A stretch of 62,469 nucleotides of DNA. It comes from Bacillota bacterium. GTDB taxonomy: Bacteria > Bacillota > UBA994 > UBA5500. Each line of letters opens with the position of its first letter. The first letter of the stretch is position 1. Below the pieces are notes generated by a model that saw only the letters and a list, made by a program, of their open reading frames with translations, had not been told where the DNA came from and did not search any database. Made by a program: the position numbers and the translations under genes. Positions 19,049-28,459 of the stretch are shown here, piece by piece. The stretch is from the NCBI GenBank assembly GCA_023622465.1, contig JAMNZE010000093.1, positions 1 through 62,469 of the forward strand, given 5' to 3'.

Positions 19049-19627
19049 TTACTCCAACCACACAACCTTTTCTTTGAGGTCCGGGTCCAGTCGTGGCTTG
19101 TCTTCCACAGCCTGATCCGGATAGCCTAGGGGTGTGAGGGCAACAATTTCCTCGTCGTCTGGTAATTGTAAAATCTCGACCAATTCGTCTTCAGCGGCTA
19201 GGGGCCCGGTCATCCAGCAGGTGCCCAAACCTTCCGCATAGGCGGCTAATAGGAGGTTTTGGAAGGCAGCGGACACGCTCTCCAAATGCATCTTTCTGAC
19301 TCGCGGTTGCTGGTCATCCCGAGGCATGGTTGCTACGATAATAAGGGGGGCGCCGCCATAGGTTTGGGCCCAGGCTAAGAAGTTTTCTTGTTGCGCAGTG
19401 CGCTCACCGGCCGGCGGGTAGTTTCTCTCAGTAATACGTCCATAGCTGGCTGCAATCTGGTCCCGTTTGTGACCGGATACCACATAGAATCTCCATTGCT
19501 GCAAGTTCCTGCCGGAGGGAGCCCAGTTGGCCGCATCTAGCACCTTGAGCACCAGCTCTTTCGGTACCGGGTCCGACTTGAATTTACGGATACTACGGCG
19601 TCCACGAATGGCTTGATAGAGTTCCAT
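19049..19627 (-). CDS. Nitroreductase family protein
   Basis: It has the N-terminal RGRRSIRKF motif and a nitroreductase fold pattern. ATG 19627 lies 7 nt after GGAGG. The ORF extends to 19711. Confidence 0.8.
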   Translation of the reverse strand: MELYQAIRGRRSIRKFKSDPVPKELVLKVLDAANWAPSGRNLQQWRFYVVSGHKRDQIAASYGRITERNYPPAGERTAQQENFLAWAQTYGGAPLIIVATMPRDDQQPRVRKMHLESVSAAFQNLLLAAYAEGLGTCWMTGPLAAEDELVEILQLPDDEEIVALTPLGYPDQAVEDKPRLDPDLKEKVVWLE

Positions 19628-19766
19628 GTGCATACCTCCCAAGTGTGAATGTTTATAAATAGTATAACATCTGGTGGCAGCTGTCTCCAAGCATGGAGCC
19701 GTTGACATCATAACGATGGCTGGATAGACTGATAAGAACTATTAATGCCCTTTTGGAGGTGGGGAA

Positions 19767-21173
19767 ATGCCCATTCAGTTTTATAATACTTTGACGCGCA
19801 AGAAGGAAGAGTTTCATTCGTTACGTCCCCAACAGGTGGGTATGTATGTGTGTGGTCCTACCGTGTACGGTTATGCATCCATCGGCAATATGCGGGCCTA
19901 CGTCTTTGCCGACACCCTGCGGCGGGTGCTGGAATTCAATGGATATAAGGTGAAGATGGTGATGAATATCACCGACGTGGGGCATCTGGAATCCGATGCC
20001 GACGAGGGCGAAGATAAAATGGCCCTGACCGCCAAGCGAGAGCAAAAATCCCCCTGGGAGATTGCCGATTATTATACGAAAGCTTTTCTGCAGGACGTGG
20101 AGCGGTTGAATATCAAAAAGCCCTCGGTTCTAGCCTGGGCCACCGAGCATATTAACGAGATGATCGCCATGGTGGAGGAATTGCTGGAGCGGGGCTACGC
20201 CTATGAAACCAGCGACGGCATCTATTTTGATATTTCCAAGTATGCCGAGTACGGCCGTCTCTCGGGCCAAAAGCTAGAAGATCGCTTGGCTGGGGCACGG
20301 GTGGAGGTAAACCCGGAAAAACGCCACCCGGCTGATTTTGCCCTTTGGAAAAAGGCCCCTAAGGAACATATCATGCAGTGGCCTAGTCCCTGGGGTATGG
20401 GGTACCCCGGCTGGCACATTGAATGCTCCGCCATGGGGCGCAAGTATCTAGGCGATCTCTTTGACATCCATACCGGTGGTGTTGACCATATTCCGGTGCA
20501 TCATGAAAATGAAATCGCCCAAACGGCCGCCTGCACCGGCCAACCGGCGGCCCGTTTCTGGATGCATAACGAATTCCTCTTGGTCGACGGTGGGAAGATG
20601 TCCAAGAGTCTGGGTAACGTGTATACTATTTCCGATTTGATGGAGCGGGGCTTTGAGCCACTCAGCTATCGTTATTTCTGTCATAATGCCCATTATCGGC
20701 GACAACTGAACTTTACTTGGGCAGCTATAGAAGGAGCCCATAAGGGGCTGCGCAGCCTGCGTCGACTAGTACAGAATAGCGCTCGCCAGCCGGCAGGGAA
20801 AGACGCTGCTGCCCGGGCGGCGGCCTTCAGACAAGAGTTTGTTGAGGCCATCAATGACGACCTCAATCTCCCCAAAGCGGTAGCCCTGCTGTGGGAAGCC
20901 AGCAAGGCCGACCTGGGGCCCGAATTTTATAAGCTGGCTAGCGAAGTGGACCAAGTCTTAGCCTTAGATTTATGCAAAGGGGCAATAGATGAGGAGGGGC
21001 CAATAGCACGGGAAGATCTGCCTGCCCATATATTGGCTTTAGTAGAAGAGCGGGAGGCCGCGCGGGCGGTGAAGGATTGGGCCAAGTCCGACGCTTTACG
21101 CCAGCAGTTACAGGAGCTGGGCTATCAGGTGAAGGATACGCCTCAAGGAATGGAGATAAAGCGAGCAAATTAG
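19767..21173 (+). CDS. cysS: Cysteine--tRNA ligase
   Basis: It has the CGPTVYGYASIGNMR (HIGH region) and KMSKSLGN motifs. Length is 468 aa. Confidence 0.93.
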   Translation: MPIQFYNTLTRKKEEFHSLRPQQVGMYVCGPTVYGYASIGNMRAYVFADTLRRVLEFNGYKVKMVMNITDVGHLESDADEGEDKMALTAKREQKSPWEIADYYTKAFLQDVERLNIKKPSVLAWATEHINEMIAMVEELLERGYAYETSDGIYFDISKYAEYGRLSGQKLEDRLAGARVEVNPEKRHPADFALWKKAPKEHIMQWPSPWGMGYPGWHIECSAMGRKYLGDLFDIHTGGVDHIPVHHENEIAQTAACTGQPAARFWMHNEFLLVDGGKMSKSLGNVYTISDLMERGFEPLSYRYFCHNAHYRRQLNFTWAAIEGAHKGLRSLRRLVQNSARQPAGKDAAARAAAFRQEFVEAINDDLNLPKAVALLWEASKADLGPEFYKLASEVDQVLALDLCKGAIDEEGPIAREDLPAHILALVEEREAARAVKDWAKSDALRQQLQELGYQVKDTPQGMEIKRAN

Positions 21174-21186
21174 CAGCTAACCTTAA

Positions 21187-21222
21187 GAGGGGTTGCTCCT
21201 GTCAGCGGAGCAACCCCTTTTT
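21187..21222 (+). terminator. Intrinsic terminator
   Basis: Stem GAGGGGTTGCTCC, 7-nt loop, stem GGAGCAACCCCT, followed by TTTTTG. Confidence 0.75.
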
Positions 21223-21302
21223 GTTCCCTTTTTACCGTATGGCTAATAGTATGTAGTGAACTGCGTACGTGGTATCTATACCTGCTATGAATGGGGGTTA
21301 GC

Positions 21303-22465
21303 ATGGTAAGAGCAACGCAGAAAGTTGGCAGACGCCAAATGGTGCTCGGAATCTTTGTGGCGAAAGCTTACGCTGAGCAGTTTAAAGGGGATAAGCCCAT
21401 CTATGAAGCAGAAATTTATGCCAAGGCGGCAAAGCATAGGAATGTGCGGCTTTATTACTTTACAGCGGAGGATGTTTCGGGCGTAGGCGGAAAAAGGGGG
21501 AAAAAGAAGATATGGGGGTGGTCCCTGAGAGGTAACAAATGGAGGCACAGTCGGGTACCCTGGCCCCATGTGGTATTTGACCAAGTTATCGATCCTGAAG
21601 GCGCTGAGAAAAGGACTGTTAGCCGACTGCGACGCAGCAAGAATTTCGCTTGGTTAAGTCCTCGAACTGGTCTGCCTAAGTGGCTCACCCATAAGATCTT
21701 GGCCGGGCATAGCAGTTTGGCCCGATTGCTACCAGAGGAAAGGCGACTAAAATCGGTGGATGACTTGGACTATATGCTAGATAGACATAAATCTGTTCTC
21801 GTTAAGCCCGATCTGGGCAGTCGGGGACGCGGAATCACTATGATTTGGAGAGAGCCTGAAGGTACCTATGGGCTGCGCTATTCTGGTAAGGAAGAACAGG
21901 TTAGTGGATTAACCCTAGCAGAGGCTTACCAATTGGCTAGCAACTATGCCGAAGAGGACAATCTGGTTATCTCGCAGCAGATACCCCTACTGCGCGTAGG
22001 AAATAGTCTGGCCGATATGCGAATAATCATGGGCAAAAACCTGCAGGGAAAATGGTTACCGGTGCTTACTATTATGGGCGTGGGGAAAGAGGGGAGTTTT
22101 GTAACCAACTGGAGCATGGGAGCTGAAGAGATCCCTCTAGAGCAGGGGCTGGCGGCTGCCGGATTGCCAGCAGAACAGGTGAAGGCTTTAATTGATCAAG
22201 TGTTAGAGGTTTCCCATAAGCTGGCAAAGGCTCTGGAAGCGGGGAGGGGCACCTTATTGAAATCGGGTTGGACTTAGCCTTTGATACCGATTTAAGGCTT
22301 TGGTTTATCGAGGCCAACGCTAGCCCCGGTAAGGAAGCGGAGGATTCCGACACCATTCCTCCCTATTTCGCCTGCATAATTGATGGTGCCCTGCATTTTT
22401 GGAATAGCCGGCAAAAGCGACGTTCTCGGTGGCGACATCGTCGCCGACGAGAACAGGATAGATAA
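21303..22465 (+). pseudogene. YheC/YheD-family ATP-grasp gene interrupted by a frameshift
   Basis: The ORF 21291..22277 carries the N-terminal and central ATP-grasp part. The family's C-terminal motif (IEIGLDLAFDTDLRLWFIEANASPG) continues in another frame (open from 22220, listed as ORF 22268..22465). The shift falls in the G-runs at 22241..22249. Confidence 0.6.
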
Positions 22466-22468
22466 ATA

Positions 22469-22500
22469 GGGGCTGTGGCAAAAGCAGTTGCGACAGCCCC
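22469..22500. terminator. Convergent terminator hairpin (GC-rich palindrome family)
   Basis: GGGGCTGTGGCAAAAGCAGTTGCGACAGCCCC between the yheC/D-like gene and the btuF-like gene. The U-tracts are weak. Confidence 0.5.
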
Positions 22501-22559
22501 CTGCATGGTCTTAACACATTCGCTCCCATCGCGCCTGGAGCAGCAAGTTTATTATCTAT

Positions 22560-23483
22560 TTAGTTAAACAAATCCGGGTGTAACAGCTTTGCCACTTCCT
22601 CCAGCGCGTCAACTAGGCGTGGTCCCGGGCGACTAAATAGGTCCGGATTAATGGTATATACGCGATCGTTTTTAACTGCATTTACAGATTGCCAGTTGGG
22701 GCGGGCCTTAGCCTCTTCGGGGGTTTGTCCCACATGCCCTAGAATTAGAACATCCGGGTTGCTGGCTAACAGGTTTTCCAAATCTACTACCGGCCAGTCG
22801 GTGGTAGCATCGGCTGTAGCACTGCGGCCCCCGGCTATTTCAATCACGTCATGAATGAAGGTGTTAGGGCCCACCGACATGAGGGCGTCGTGCCATACTT
22901 CGTAGAACACCAGCGGTCGGTCTTCTTCGTTGATATCTTGAACCTTTTGGCTGACCGCATCGATGCGAGCCCGCAGTCCAGCTATAACCTCGTCGGCCTT
23001 TTCATTGACGTTGGCCGCCTTCCCGATTAGCTCAATATGTTCTAACATCTCTTCCACGCTGGCAGCGCGAATGGCTAAGACGGGGAAGCCCAGAGATTCC
23101 AGCTGTTCTACCACTTCTTTCGTGGTCAGTGAGTCGGCAATAATTAGGTCCGGATCGGCGGCTATAATTTTTTCCACATCCACACCTTGAAAACCGCCCA
23201 TTTTTTCAATAGCTAGTGCTTCTTGCGGGTAATCGCACACTTCGGTTACCCCGATTACCTTATCTCCCAGGTCTAGTGCGAATAATATTTCCGTGCTGCT
23301 GGGCGCTAAAGACACGATGGATTCGGGTTGTTCGGGGATGGTAACTTCGCGGCCAAAGGAGTCGGTTAATACTAATGGATAGGTTTCACCATTGGCTTGC
23401 GGTGTGGTGGGGGCTTTACAGCCCGATAGAGTAAGCAAGACAAAGGATAAGAGTAATAGGTTGGTTAACAATCTTTTCTTCAC
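22560..23483 (-). CDS. BtuF/FecB-type ABC substrate-binding lipoprotein (cobalamin/corrinoid or siderophore binding)
   Basis: It has a lipobox LSGC and a cluster-A periplasmic-binding-protein pattern. The GTG start lies 8 nt after AAGGAGG. It sits directly downstream of a cobalamin riboswitch. Confidence 0.8.
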   Translation of the reverse strand: MKKRLLTNLLLLSFVLLTLSGCKAPTTPQANGETYPLVLTDSFGREVTIPEQPESIVSLAPSSTEILFALDLGDKVIGVTEVCDYPQEALAIEKMGGFQGVDVEKIIAADPDLIIADSLTTKEVVEQLESLGFPVLAIRAASVEEMLEHIELIGKAANVNEKADEVIAGLRARIDAVSQKVQDINEEDRPLVFYEVWHDALMSVGPNTFIHDVIEIAGGRSATADATTDWPVVDLENLLASNPDVLILGHVGQTPEEAKARPNWQSVNAVKNDRVYTINPDLFSRPGPRLVDALEEVAKLLHPDLFN

Positions 23484-23532
23484 TAAAAAAACCTCCTTCT
23501 TTGCTGAGCCTGGTTTGCTTTACAGACACCAG

Positions 23533-23745
23533 AAAACCCCACCTTGGTCAAAGTGGGGCATACCATATTCAGGCCTCTACCCACCTCCCTTTGGTCCGAA
23601 GGTCAGTGTGCGCACAGCGTTAGGCAGGTCTCCTGGCTTCCGGGGGAGCAATACACTCCCGCCGGTTACAGTGGCGGCACCGCTCAGGACTCGCACCTGA
23701 TTCCCTATTCTCCTCAGTATTCCCAAGGCACCTAACACCGTATAC
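23533..23745 (-). promoter_or_regulatory. Cobalamin (B12) riboswitch with terminator expression platform
   Basis: The minus strand reads AGGGAATCAGGTGCGAGTCCTGAGCGGTGCCGCCACTGTAACCGG. The B12 box GCCAGGAGACCTGCC lies at 23623..23637. It is followed by CCCCACTTTGACCAAGGTGGGG plus a U-run (23533..23558). Confidence 0.88.
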
Positions 23746-23758
23746 AATTTTCTACCTT

Positions 23759-23787
23759 AGTATAGGATAAATGGGGACAAGCAACAA
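23759..23787 (-). promoter_or_regulatory. Candidate sigma-A promoter for the riboswitch-btuF transcript
   Basis: On the minus strand: TTGTTG, a 17-nt spacer, then TATACT. Confidence 0.4.
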
Positions 23788-23859
23788 GTCTTATCTGTTT
23801 TTTCCAGTGTTTAAAGAGTTTACGTTCGGGCTACATTGAGTCTAGGGCGTAGTGTTTGC

Positions 23860-23888
23860 TTGACGCAAAAAAATGTCAAATTTATAAT
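23860..23888 (+). promoter_or_regulatory. Sigma-A-type promoter of the femX-murE pair
   Basis: TTGACG (23860..23865), a 17-nt spacer, then TATAAT (23883..23888). Confidence 0.55.
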
Positions 23889-23927
23889 GGGGACAAGGCC
23901 GATTGGAGATGGAGGCGTTAACTAATT

Positions 23928-25004
23928 ATGTTGCGTTTAGTGAAGCCAGATGAAACTGGCTATTTTGATACCTTGATTGCCAATTCTACCGGACCCGAGT
24001 TTGCGCAAACAGCTGCCTGGGCCCGCTTTAAGTCTCAGTCGTGGCGTCCCCGGCATTATCTTTTTGAGAAAGCGGGCGAGCCGGTGATCGCCATTACTGT
24101 TTGGTTAAGGAAAATTCCTCTATTACCCTATTACCTAGCCTATGCCCCCCGCGGCCCTATTTTATTGACTGTTGAAGGTAAAAAATTCCTGACGGGATTT
24201 TGGGAAGCCGTCCGGGCCGAATTGCGTCAGCAGGGGGCTTTTGCTCTTAAGATTGATCCGGCGTGGACCGATAAAAGCTTGGCGGAGCAGTTGAAAAAAA
24301 TAGGCTTTAGAGAGGTAATAAGCGATCATCCCTTTGGGGGCGTACAACCTAGATTCACCTTCCGCTTGGATATTGGAGCCGAGCCGGAAGAGCTTTTAGC
24401 TTCTTTCTCTAAAAAGCTCCGTTACAACGTCCGCTATCCGGGCAAGCAGGGCGTAGTCTATTCTCAGGGCACCAAAGAGGACGTCCCCGCTTTAATGGCC
24501 GTCTTAGAAGCCACTAGTCGCCGCAGGAATTTCTTAGGGCGGAGTGCGGAGTATTATGAGCGCCTATTAGACGAAATGGGAGACCAGGCGGCGCTTATTA
24601 TCGGCACAAAAGATGGACAAGTGGTGGCGGCAAGTATTACCATTGTTTGCGGCCGCCAAGCTTGGGCCGTTTACGGAGGTATGTCACGCGAACATGCCCG
24701 GCTGCGGGCCTATTACGGACTCAATTGGGAACGTATGTTGTGGGCTAAAAGCAAAGGTGCTACTTCCTTTGACTTTTCTGGGGTGCCTGTCGATCGTTCA
24801 GAAGATTCCCCTTTATACGGGCTCTATCAGTTCAAAAAGAGCTTTGGCGGCGACCTGGTTGAATTTATTGGTGAATATGAACTACCCATTCGCCCCTTCC
24901 TCTATTGGTGCTGGCAAACCTTTGCGCCCACCTTAATGAAAGTGATGAGGTGGTGGGTATCCCGTAGGCGCAACGGAAGCGAACAGCGAGGGGAGGAAAA
25001 GTGA
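23928..25004 (+). CDS. FemAB-family peptidoglycan bridge-formation aminoacyltransferase (FemX-like)
   Basis: 358 aa with a FemAB-like GNAT-duplication pattern (FAQTAAWARFK, YYLAYAPRGP, AWAVYGGMS, LYQFKKSFGG). Confidence 0.8.
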   Translation: MLRLVKPDETGYFDTLIANSTGPEFAQTAAWARFKSQSWRPRHYLFEKAGEPVIAITVWLRKIPLLPYYLAYAPRGPILLTVEGKKFLTGFWEAVRAELRQQGAFALKIDPAWTDKSLAEQLKKIGFREVISDHPFGGVQPRFTFRLDIGAEPEELLASFSKKLRYNVRYPGKQGVVYSQGTKEDVPALMAVLEATSRRRNFLGRSAEYYERLLDEMGDQAALIIGTKDGQVVAASITIVCGRQAWAVYGGMSREHARLRAYYGLNWERMLWAKSKGATSFDFSGVPVDRSEDSPLYGLYQFKKSFGGDLVEFIGEYELPIRPFLYWCWQTFAPTLMKVMRWWVSRRRNGSEQRGEEK

Positions 25005-26428
25005 TGAAGTTTGCAGAACTGGTGGAGGCTATTGCCAGTGGTCAAATCACTGTAACCGGTATAGAACACGATTCACGGCGCTTACGCCCCGGGGTCGTTT
25101 TTGTTTGTATTGTTGGCCAGCGCTTTGATGGCCATGATTTCGCTGAGCAGGCAGTGGCCGCTCAAGCCGCCTTTATTGTGGGAGAGCGTGCCCTACCCTA
25201 TCCCAATTACGTACAAGTTACCAACAGCCGGCAGGCATTGGCCGACCTGGCCTATGCCTATTACGGGAATCACAGTAAATCCATGCAGACGATAGGGATA
25301 ACTGGTACCAACGGTAAATCGACCACCTGCCATTTGCTTGCCAGCCTCTTAAATCGGGTCGGTATTCCCACCGGTCTCATCGGCACCCTAGGTGTCTTTT
25401 TGCCCGAGAATAACCGACTGGAGGAGCTTCATAATACCACCCCCGATGCGGTAAATATGGCGCGTCTGCTGGCCCAGCTAAGGCAGCAAGGGGCGCAGGT
25501 GGTGGCGCTAGAAATATCTTCTCAGGGCCTGGAACAGGAAAGGGCCCGTAATATAGAGTTTGCCGGGGTGATATTCACCAATTTAACCCAAGACCACCTG
25601 GATTATCATAAAACGATGGAGGCCTACTATCAGGCTAAACGAAAACTATTTCAGCTGCCCCACCGGCAAGCAGTTATCAATATCGATGATCCCTACGGGC
25701 GGCGCCTAGCCGACGAGCACCCCGATAGCTGGACTGTCAGCCTTTGTCGGCCAGCCCGTATTCGGGCCAGTGAAATCGATATTCGGGCCGATGGACTAAG
25801 CTTTCTTTTGGACATCGATGGCCGTAAACAACGGTTGTCAGCCCCTCTTTGTGGAGAGCACAATTTATACAATTTGTTGTTTGCCCTCGGGGGTATTGCT
25901 TGCTTAGATTTAGATCCTTTTGCTTTCCTAGAGGGAGTGCCCCATCTCACTTTACCGGAGGGGCGCTGGATGGTAATCGGCAATTCGCCCACCGTGGTTG
26001 TAGATTTTGCCCATTCTCCCGATAGCTTTGAACAGGTATTAAAGTTAGCCAGCCGGGTGGCTAAGGGTAAGATAATTACCGTCTTTGGCTGTACCGGCAA
26101 CCGCGATCGTAAGAAACGGCCAATAATGGGGGAGATAGTCAGCCGCTATAGCCAGTTTACGGTGCTTACCACCGATAGCCCGGGAGGAGAAGATCCGGAA
26201 CTTATTACCGCCGAAACTTTGCCTGGCATTCATATTCCCTATTTAGTTGAACATGATAGGGAAAAGGCCATTGCGGCGGCCATAGAGATGGCTGAGGTTG
26301 ATGACCTAGTGCTGATTTTGGGCCGTGGACATGAAGCAATCTTCGATTATGGTGCATATACGATTCCCCTCTATGACCCGGAGGTCGCTCGGCGCTGTTG
26401 GGAAAAGCGGCATCGAAGTTTAATCTAA
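25004..26428 (+). CDS. murE: Mur ligase, MurE-like (UDP-MurNAc-L-Ala-D-Glu : diamino acid ligase)
   Basis: It has the N-terminal HDSRRLRPGVVFVC..G..DGHDF, the P-loop GITGTNGKSTT, and EISSQGLEQER..FTNLTQDHLDYH. The ATG overlaps the femX TGA (GTGATG). The usual DNPR motif reads DSPG here. Confidence 0.8.
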   Translation: MKFAELVEAIASGQITVTGIEHDSRRLRPGVVFVCIVGQRFDGHDFAEQAVAAQAAFIVGERALPYPNYVQVTNSRQALADLAYAYYGNHSKSMQTIGITGTNGKSTTCHLLASLLNRVGIPTGLIGTLGVFLPENNRLEELHNTTPDAVNMARLLAQLRQQGAQVVALEISSQGLEQERARNIEFAGVIFTNLTQDHLDYHKTMEAYYQAKRKLFQLPHRQAVINIDDPYGRRLADEHPDSWTVSLCRPARIRASEIDIRADGLSFLLDIDGRKQRLSAPLCGEHNLYNLLFALGGIACLDLDPFAFLEGVPHLTLPEGRWMVIGNSPTVVVDFAHSPDSFEQVLKLASRVAKGKIITVFGCTGNRDRKKRPIMGEIVSRYSQFTVLTTDSPGGEDPELITAETLPGIHIPYLVEHDREKAIAAAIEMAEVDDLVLILGRGHEAIFDYGAYTIPLYDPEVARRCWEKRHRSLI

Positions 26429-26433
26429 CAGGC

Positions 26434-26472
26434 AAACCATACCTCTTGCTATTGGCAAGGTATGGTTTTTTT
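26434..26472 (+). terminator. Intrinsic terminator
   Basis: Stems AAACCATACCTCTTGC and GCAAGGTATGGTTT around a short loop, followed by a T-run. Confidence 0.75.
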
Positions 26473-26567
26473 ATTGTCAATTAGCAGGAAAAACCGCTGG
26501 TGCAAAGAATCTAACATGTAGGCAACTATTAATAATGGTTGTTGTTACTGCATAGGAGGTATTTGGC

Positions 26568-28307
26568 ATGCGGCTTTCAGTTGTGGCAAAGCTTGGGATT
26601 GCTTTTCTAATCTTGATTTTACTGACCGCCGGCTCTGGAGTGGTGGCTTATAACTCACTAAAACAAAGTCAACAGATTCAGCAGTCGGTTATTGAAGCTT
26701 TAGACTTTCAAAAATTCCTTATCGAGAAAGAAAATGACCATCTCCACTGGGTGAGCCAGTTCCACGATCTTTTTGTACTGGATATTGTGCCAGAGAAATT
26801 GACCACCCATACCGAGTGCGGGCTAGGCCAGTGGTATTACTCCATTTCGTCCGCTTCCATACCGAGCTCCGCTAATCTGGATGCAGATGCTATTACCAGT
26901 GCCTCCGAGGGCCGTCGAGATCGGAACATGGAAATATACGAAGCCTTAGGCGTGGCCCATATACAAGTCCATGAGACGGGACAAAAAGCTTTAGATTTAT
27001 ATAAGGCAGGTCGGGTAAGGGAAGCCATCGATGTTTTTACCTATGAGACTACGCCGGCCATCGAAGAGGTGCAAGCGCTCTTACATGAGATGGAAGAGGT
27101 GGAAGACAGCTATATCCAGGCTTTGATAGCTGAGAGTGAAGTTGTGCGGCAGCAAGCGGTTAATGCCTTGATGGCTGCCAGTATGGTTAGTTTGGTTGCT
27201 GCCATCGGGGCCGGGTATATAATGCACCGGCAGATTGCCAAACCTATTGGCCGCATGGCAGCGGTGGCCGAAACTATTGCTCAAGGCGATTTGCGTAATT
27301 CGGAGATTAAGTATCGTAGTAGCGATGAAATAGGAACCTTGGCTACTTCCTTGGCTAAAATGGTAACTAACCTGAGAGAACTGCTGGGCAATATTCAAGA
27401 GCAGGTAATCAACGTGACCCAAGCCAGCGATACCTTAGCCGCATCGGCGGAAGAGAGCGGCAAGGCGGCTGAGCATATTGCGATTTCCATCCAGGCAGTG
27501 GCCCATGGTGGCGCCGATGCTAGTGACCGTATGCACCACCTGTCCCAGGTGGCCGATTCCTTGCAATCGGCGGCTAGCATGGCCAGGCAGTCGGCGAATG
27601 TTACCTTAGAGGCCACTACGCAAACAGCAGCGGCTGCTGAGCAAGGGGTCGTTGCCGCCGATCAGGCAGCCCAACTGCTCGACCGAGTGGCGCAGAAGGT
27701 CAGTAATTTTACGCAGGTAATAGAAGCCCTCTCCGACCGCTGCCAGCAAGTCGGTAAGATTGTGGAACTTATCCAAGGTATCGCAAAACAGACCAACCTA
27801 CTGGCCCTCAATGCCAGTATTGAAGCGGCCCGGGCTGGTGAGCACGGGCGGGGCTTTGCAGTAGTGGCTGATTCGGTACGAAATTTGGCTGACGAATCGC
27901 AGGCAGCCGCTAGCAATATCACCAGCCTCATAGAGGCCATGCAATCGGAGACCCTTGCCGCCAATGAGGCCATGGCTACTGAGGCTGTTGAGATACAAAA
28001 TCAGGTGCAAACCATCAAAGAATCCATGTCGGGCCTAGCCAATATAGCTACCATTGCCAGCGCCACCGAGCAGGAGGCCAAGCAGTTTATGCGCATTGGC
28101 GAAGAATTGGCTAAATATAGCGATGATCTGCTAGAAGTGGTGCAAGCCATGTCAACTATTTTAGAAGAGAACTCGGCGGGGGCCGAGGAAATATCGGCTG
28201 CCACCCAGGAGCAAACAGCAGGGGTGCAGGAAGTGGCAGCGGCGGCCAGCGAACTAAAGAATTTAGCAAGCTTCTTAGAGCAACTGGTTCACAATTTCCG
28301 TCTGTAA
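26568..28307 (+). CDS. Methyl-accepting chemotaxis protein with extracytoplasmic CZB-like sensor domain
   Basis: The order is TM1, a 170-aa outside domain, TM2, HAMP, then a signalling domain ([32 protein letters not shown]). Confidence 0.9.
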   Translation: MRLSVVAKLGIAFLILILLTAGSGVVAYNSLKQSQQIQQSVIEALDFQKFLIEKENDHLHWVSQFHDLFVLDIVPEKLTTHTECGLGQWYYSISSASIPSSANLDADAITSASEGRRDRNMEIYEALGVAHIQVHETGQKALDLYKAGRVREAIDVFTYETTPAIEEVQALLHEMEEVEDSYIQALIAESEVVRQQAVNALMAASMVSLVAAIGAGYIMHRQIAKPIGRMAAVAETIAQGDLRNSEIKYRSSDEIGTLATSLAKMVTNLRELLGNIQEQVINVTQASDTLAASAEESGKAAEHIAISIQAVAHGGADASDRMHHLSQVADSLQSAASMARQSANVTLEATTQTAAAAEQGVVAADQAAQLLDRVAQKVSNFTQVIEALSDRCQQVGKIVELIQGIAKQTNLLALNASIEAARAGEHGRGFAVVADSVRNLADESQAAASNITSLIEAMQSETLAANEAMATEAVEIQNQVQTIKESMSGLANIATIASATEQEAKQFMRIGEELAKYSDDLLEVVQAMSTILEENSAGAEEISAATQEQTAGVQEVAAAASELKNLASFLEQLVHNFRL

Positions 28308-28316
28308 GACAAAAAA

Positions 28317-28347
28317 ACAGGGCCAATAGCGGCCCTGTTTTTATTTT
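28317..28347 (+). terminator. Intrinsic terminator
   Basis: Stem ACAGGGCC, 6-nt loop, stem GGCCCTGT, followed by TTTTTATTTT. Confidence 0.75.
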
Positions 28348-28459
28348 GCAAGGGTAAATGATGGCTAGAATGTGGAATAACTTACATCATTCAACTTAAA
28401 AGGGATTTACTGTGAGTTGGCGAACCCCTATTATCAGGGGGGTGTTTGCTATCAAATAC

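Noticed and set aside
19628-19766. T-box leaders upstream of cysS (and of gltX at 10805..10829).
   Set aside because: The intergenic spaces are too short, and no AGGGTGGTACCGCG-like T-box sequence is present.
21170-21180. The palindrome TTAGC-A-GCTAA overlapping the cysS stop codon, which resembles the half-sites of the feoA palindrome.
   Set aside because: It is short (5+1+5), has different spacing, and sits at a gene end next to a terminator. It is most likely chance.
28348-28459. A possible c-di-AMP (ydaO-type) riboswitch ahead of the NlpC/P60 gene, since such genes are often under that control.
   Set aside because: The leader is only about 110 nt and lacks the conserved ydaO segments. 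Only a small CCCCT/AGGGG hairpin is present.
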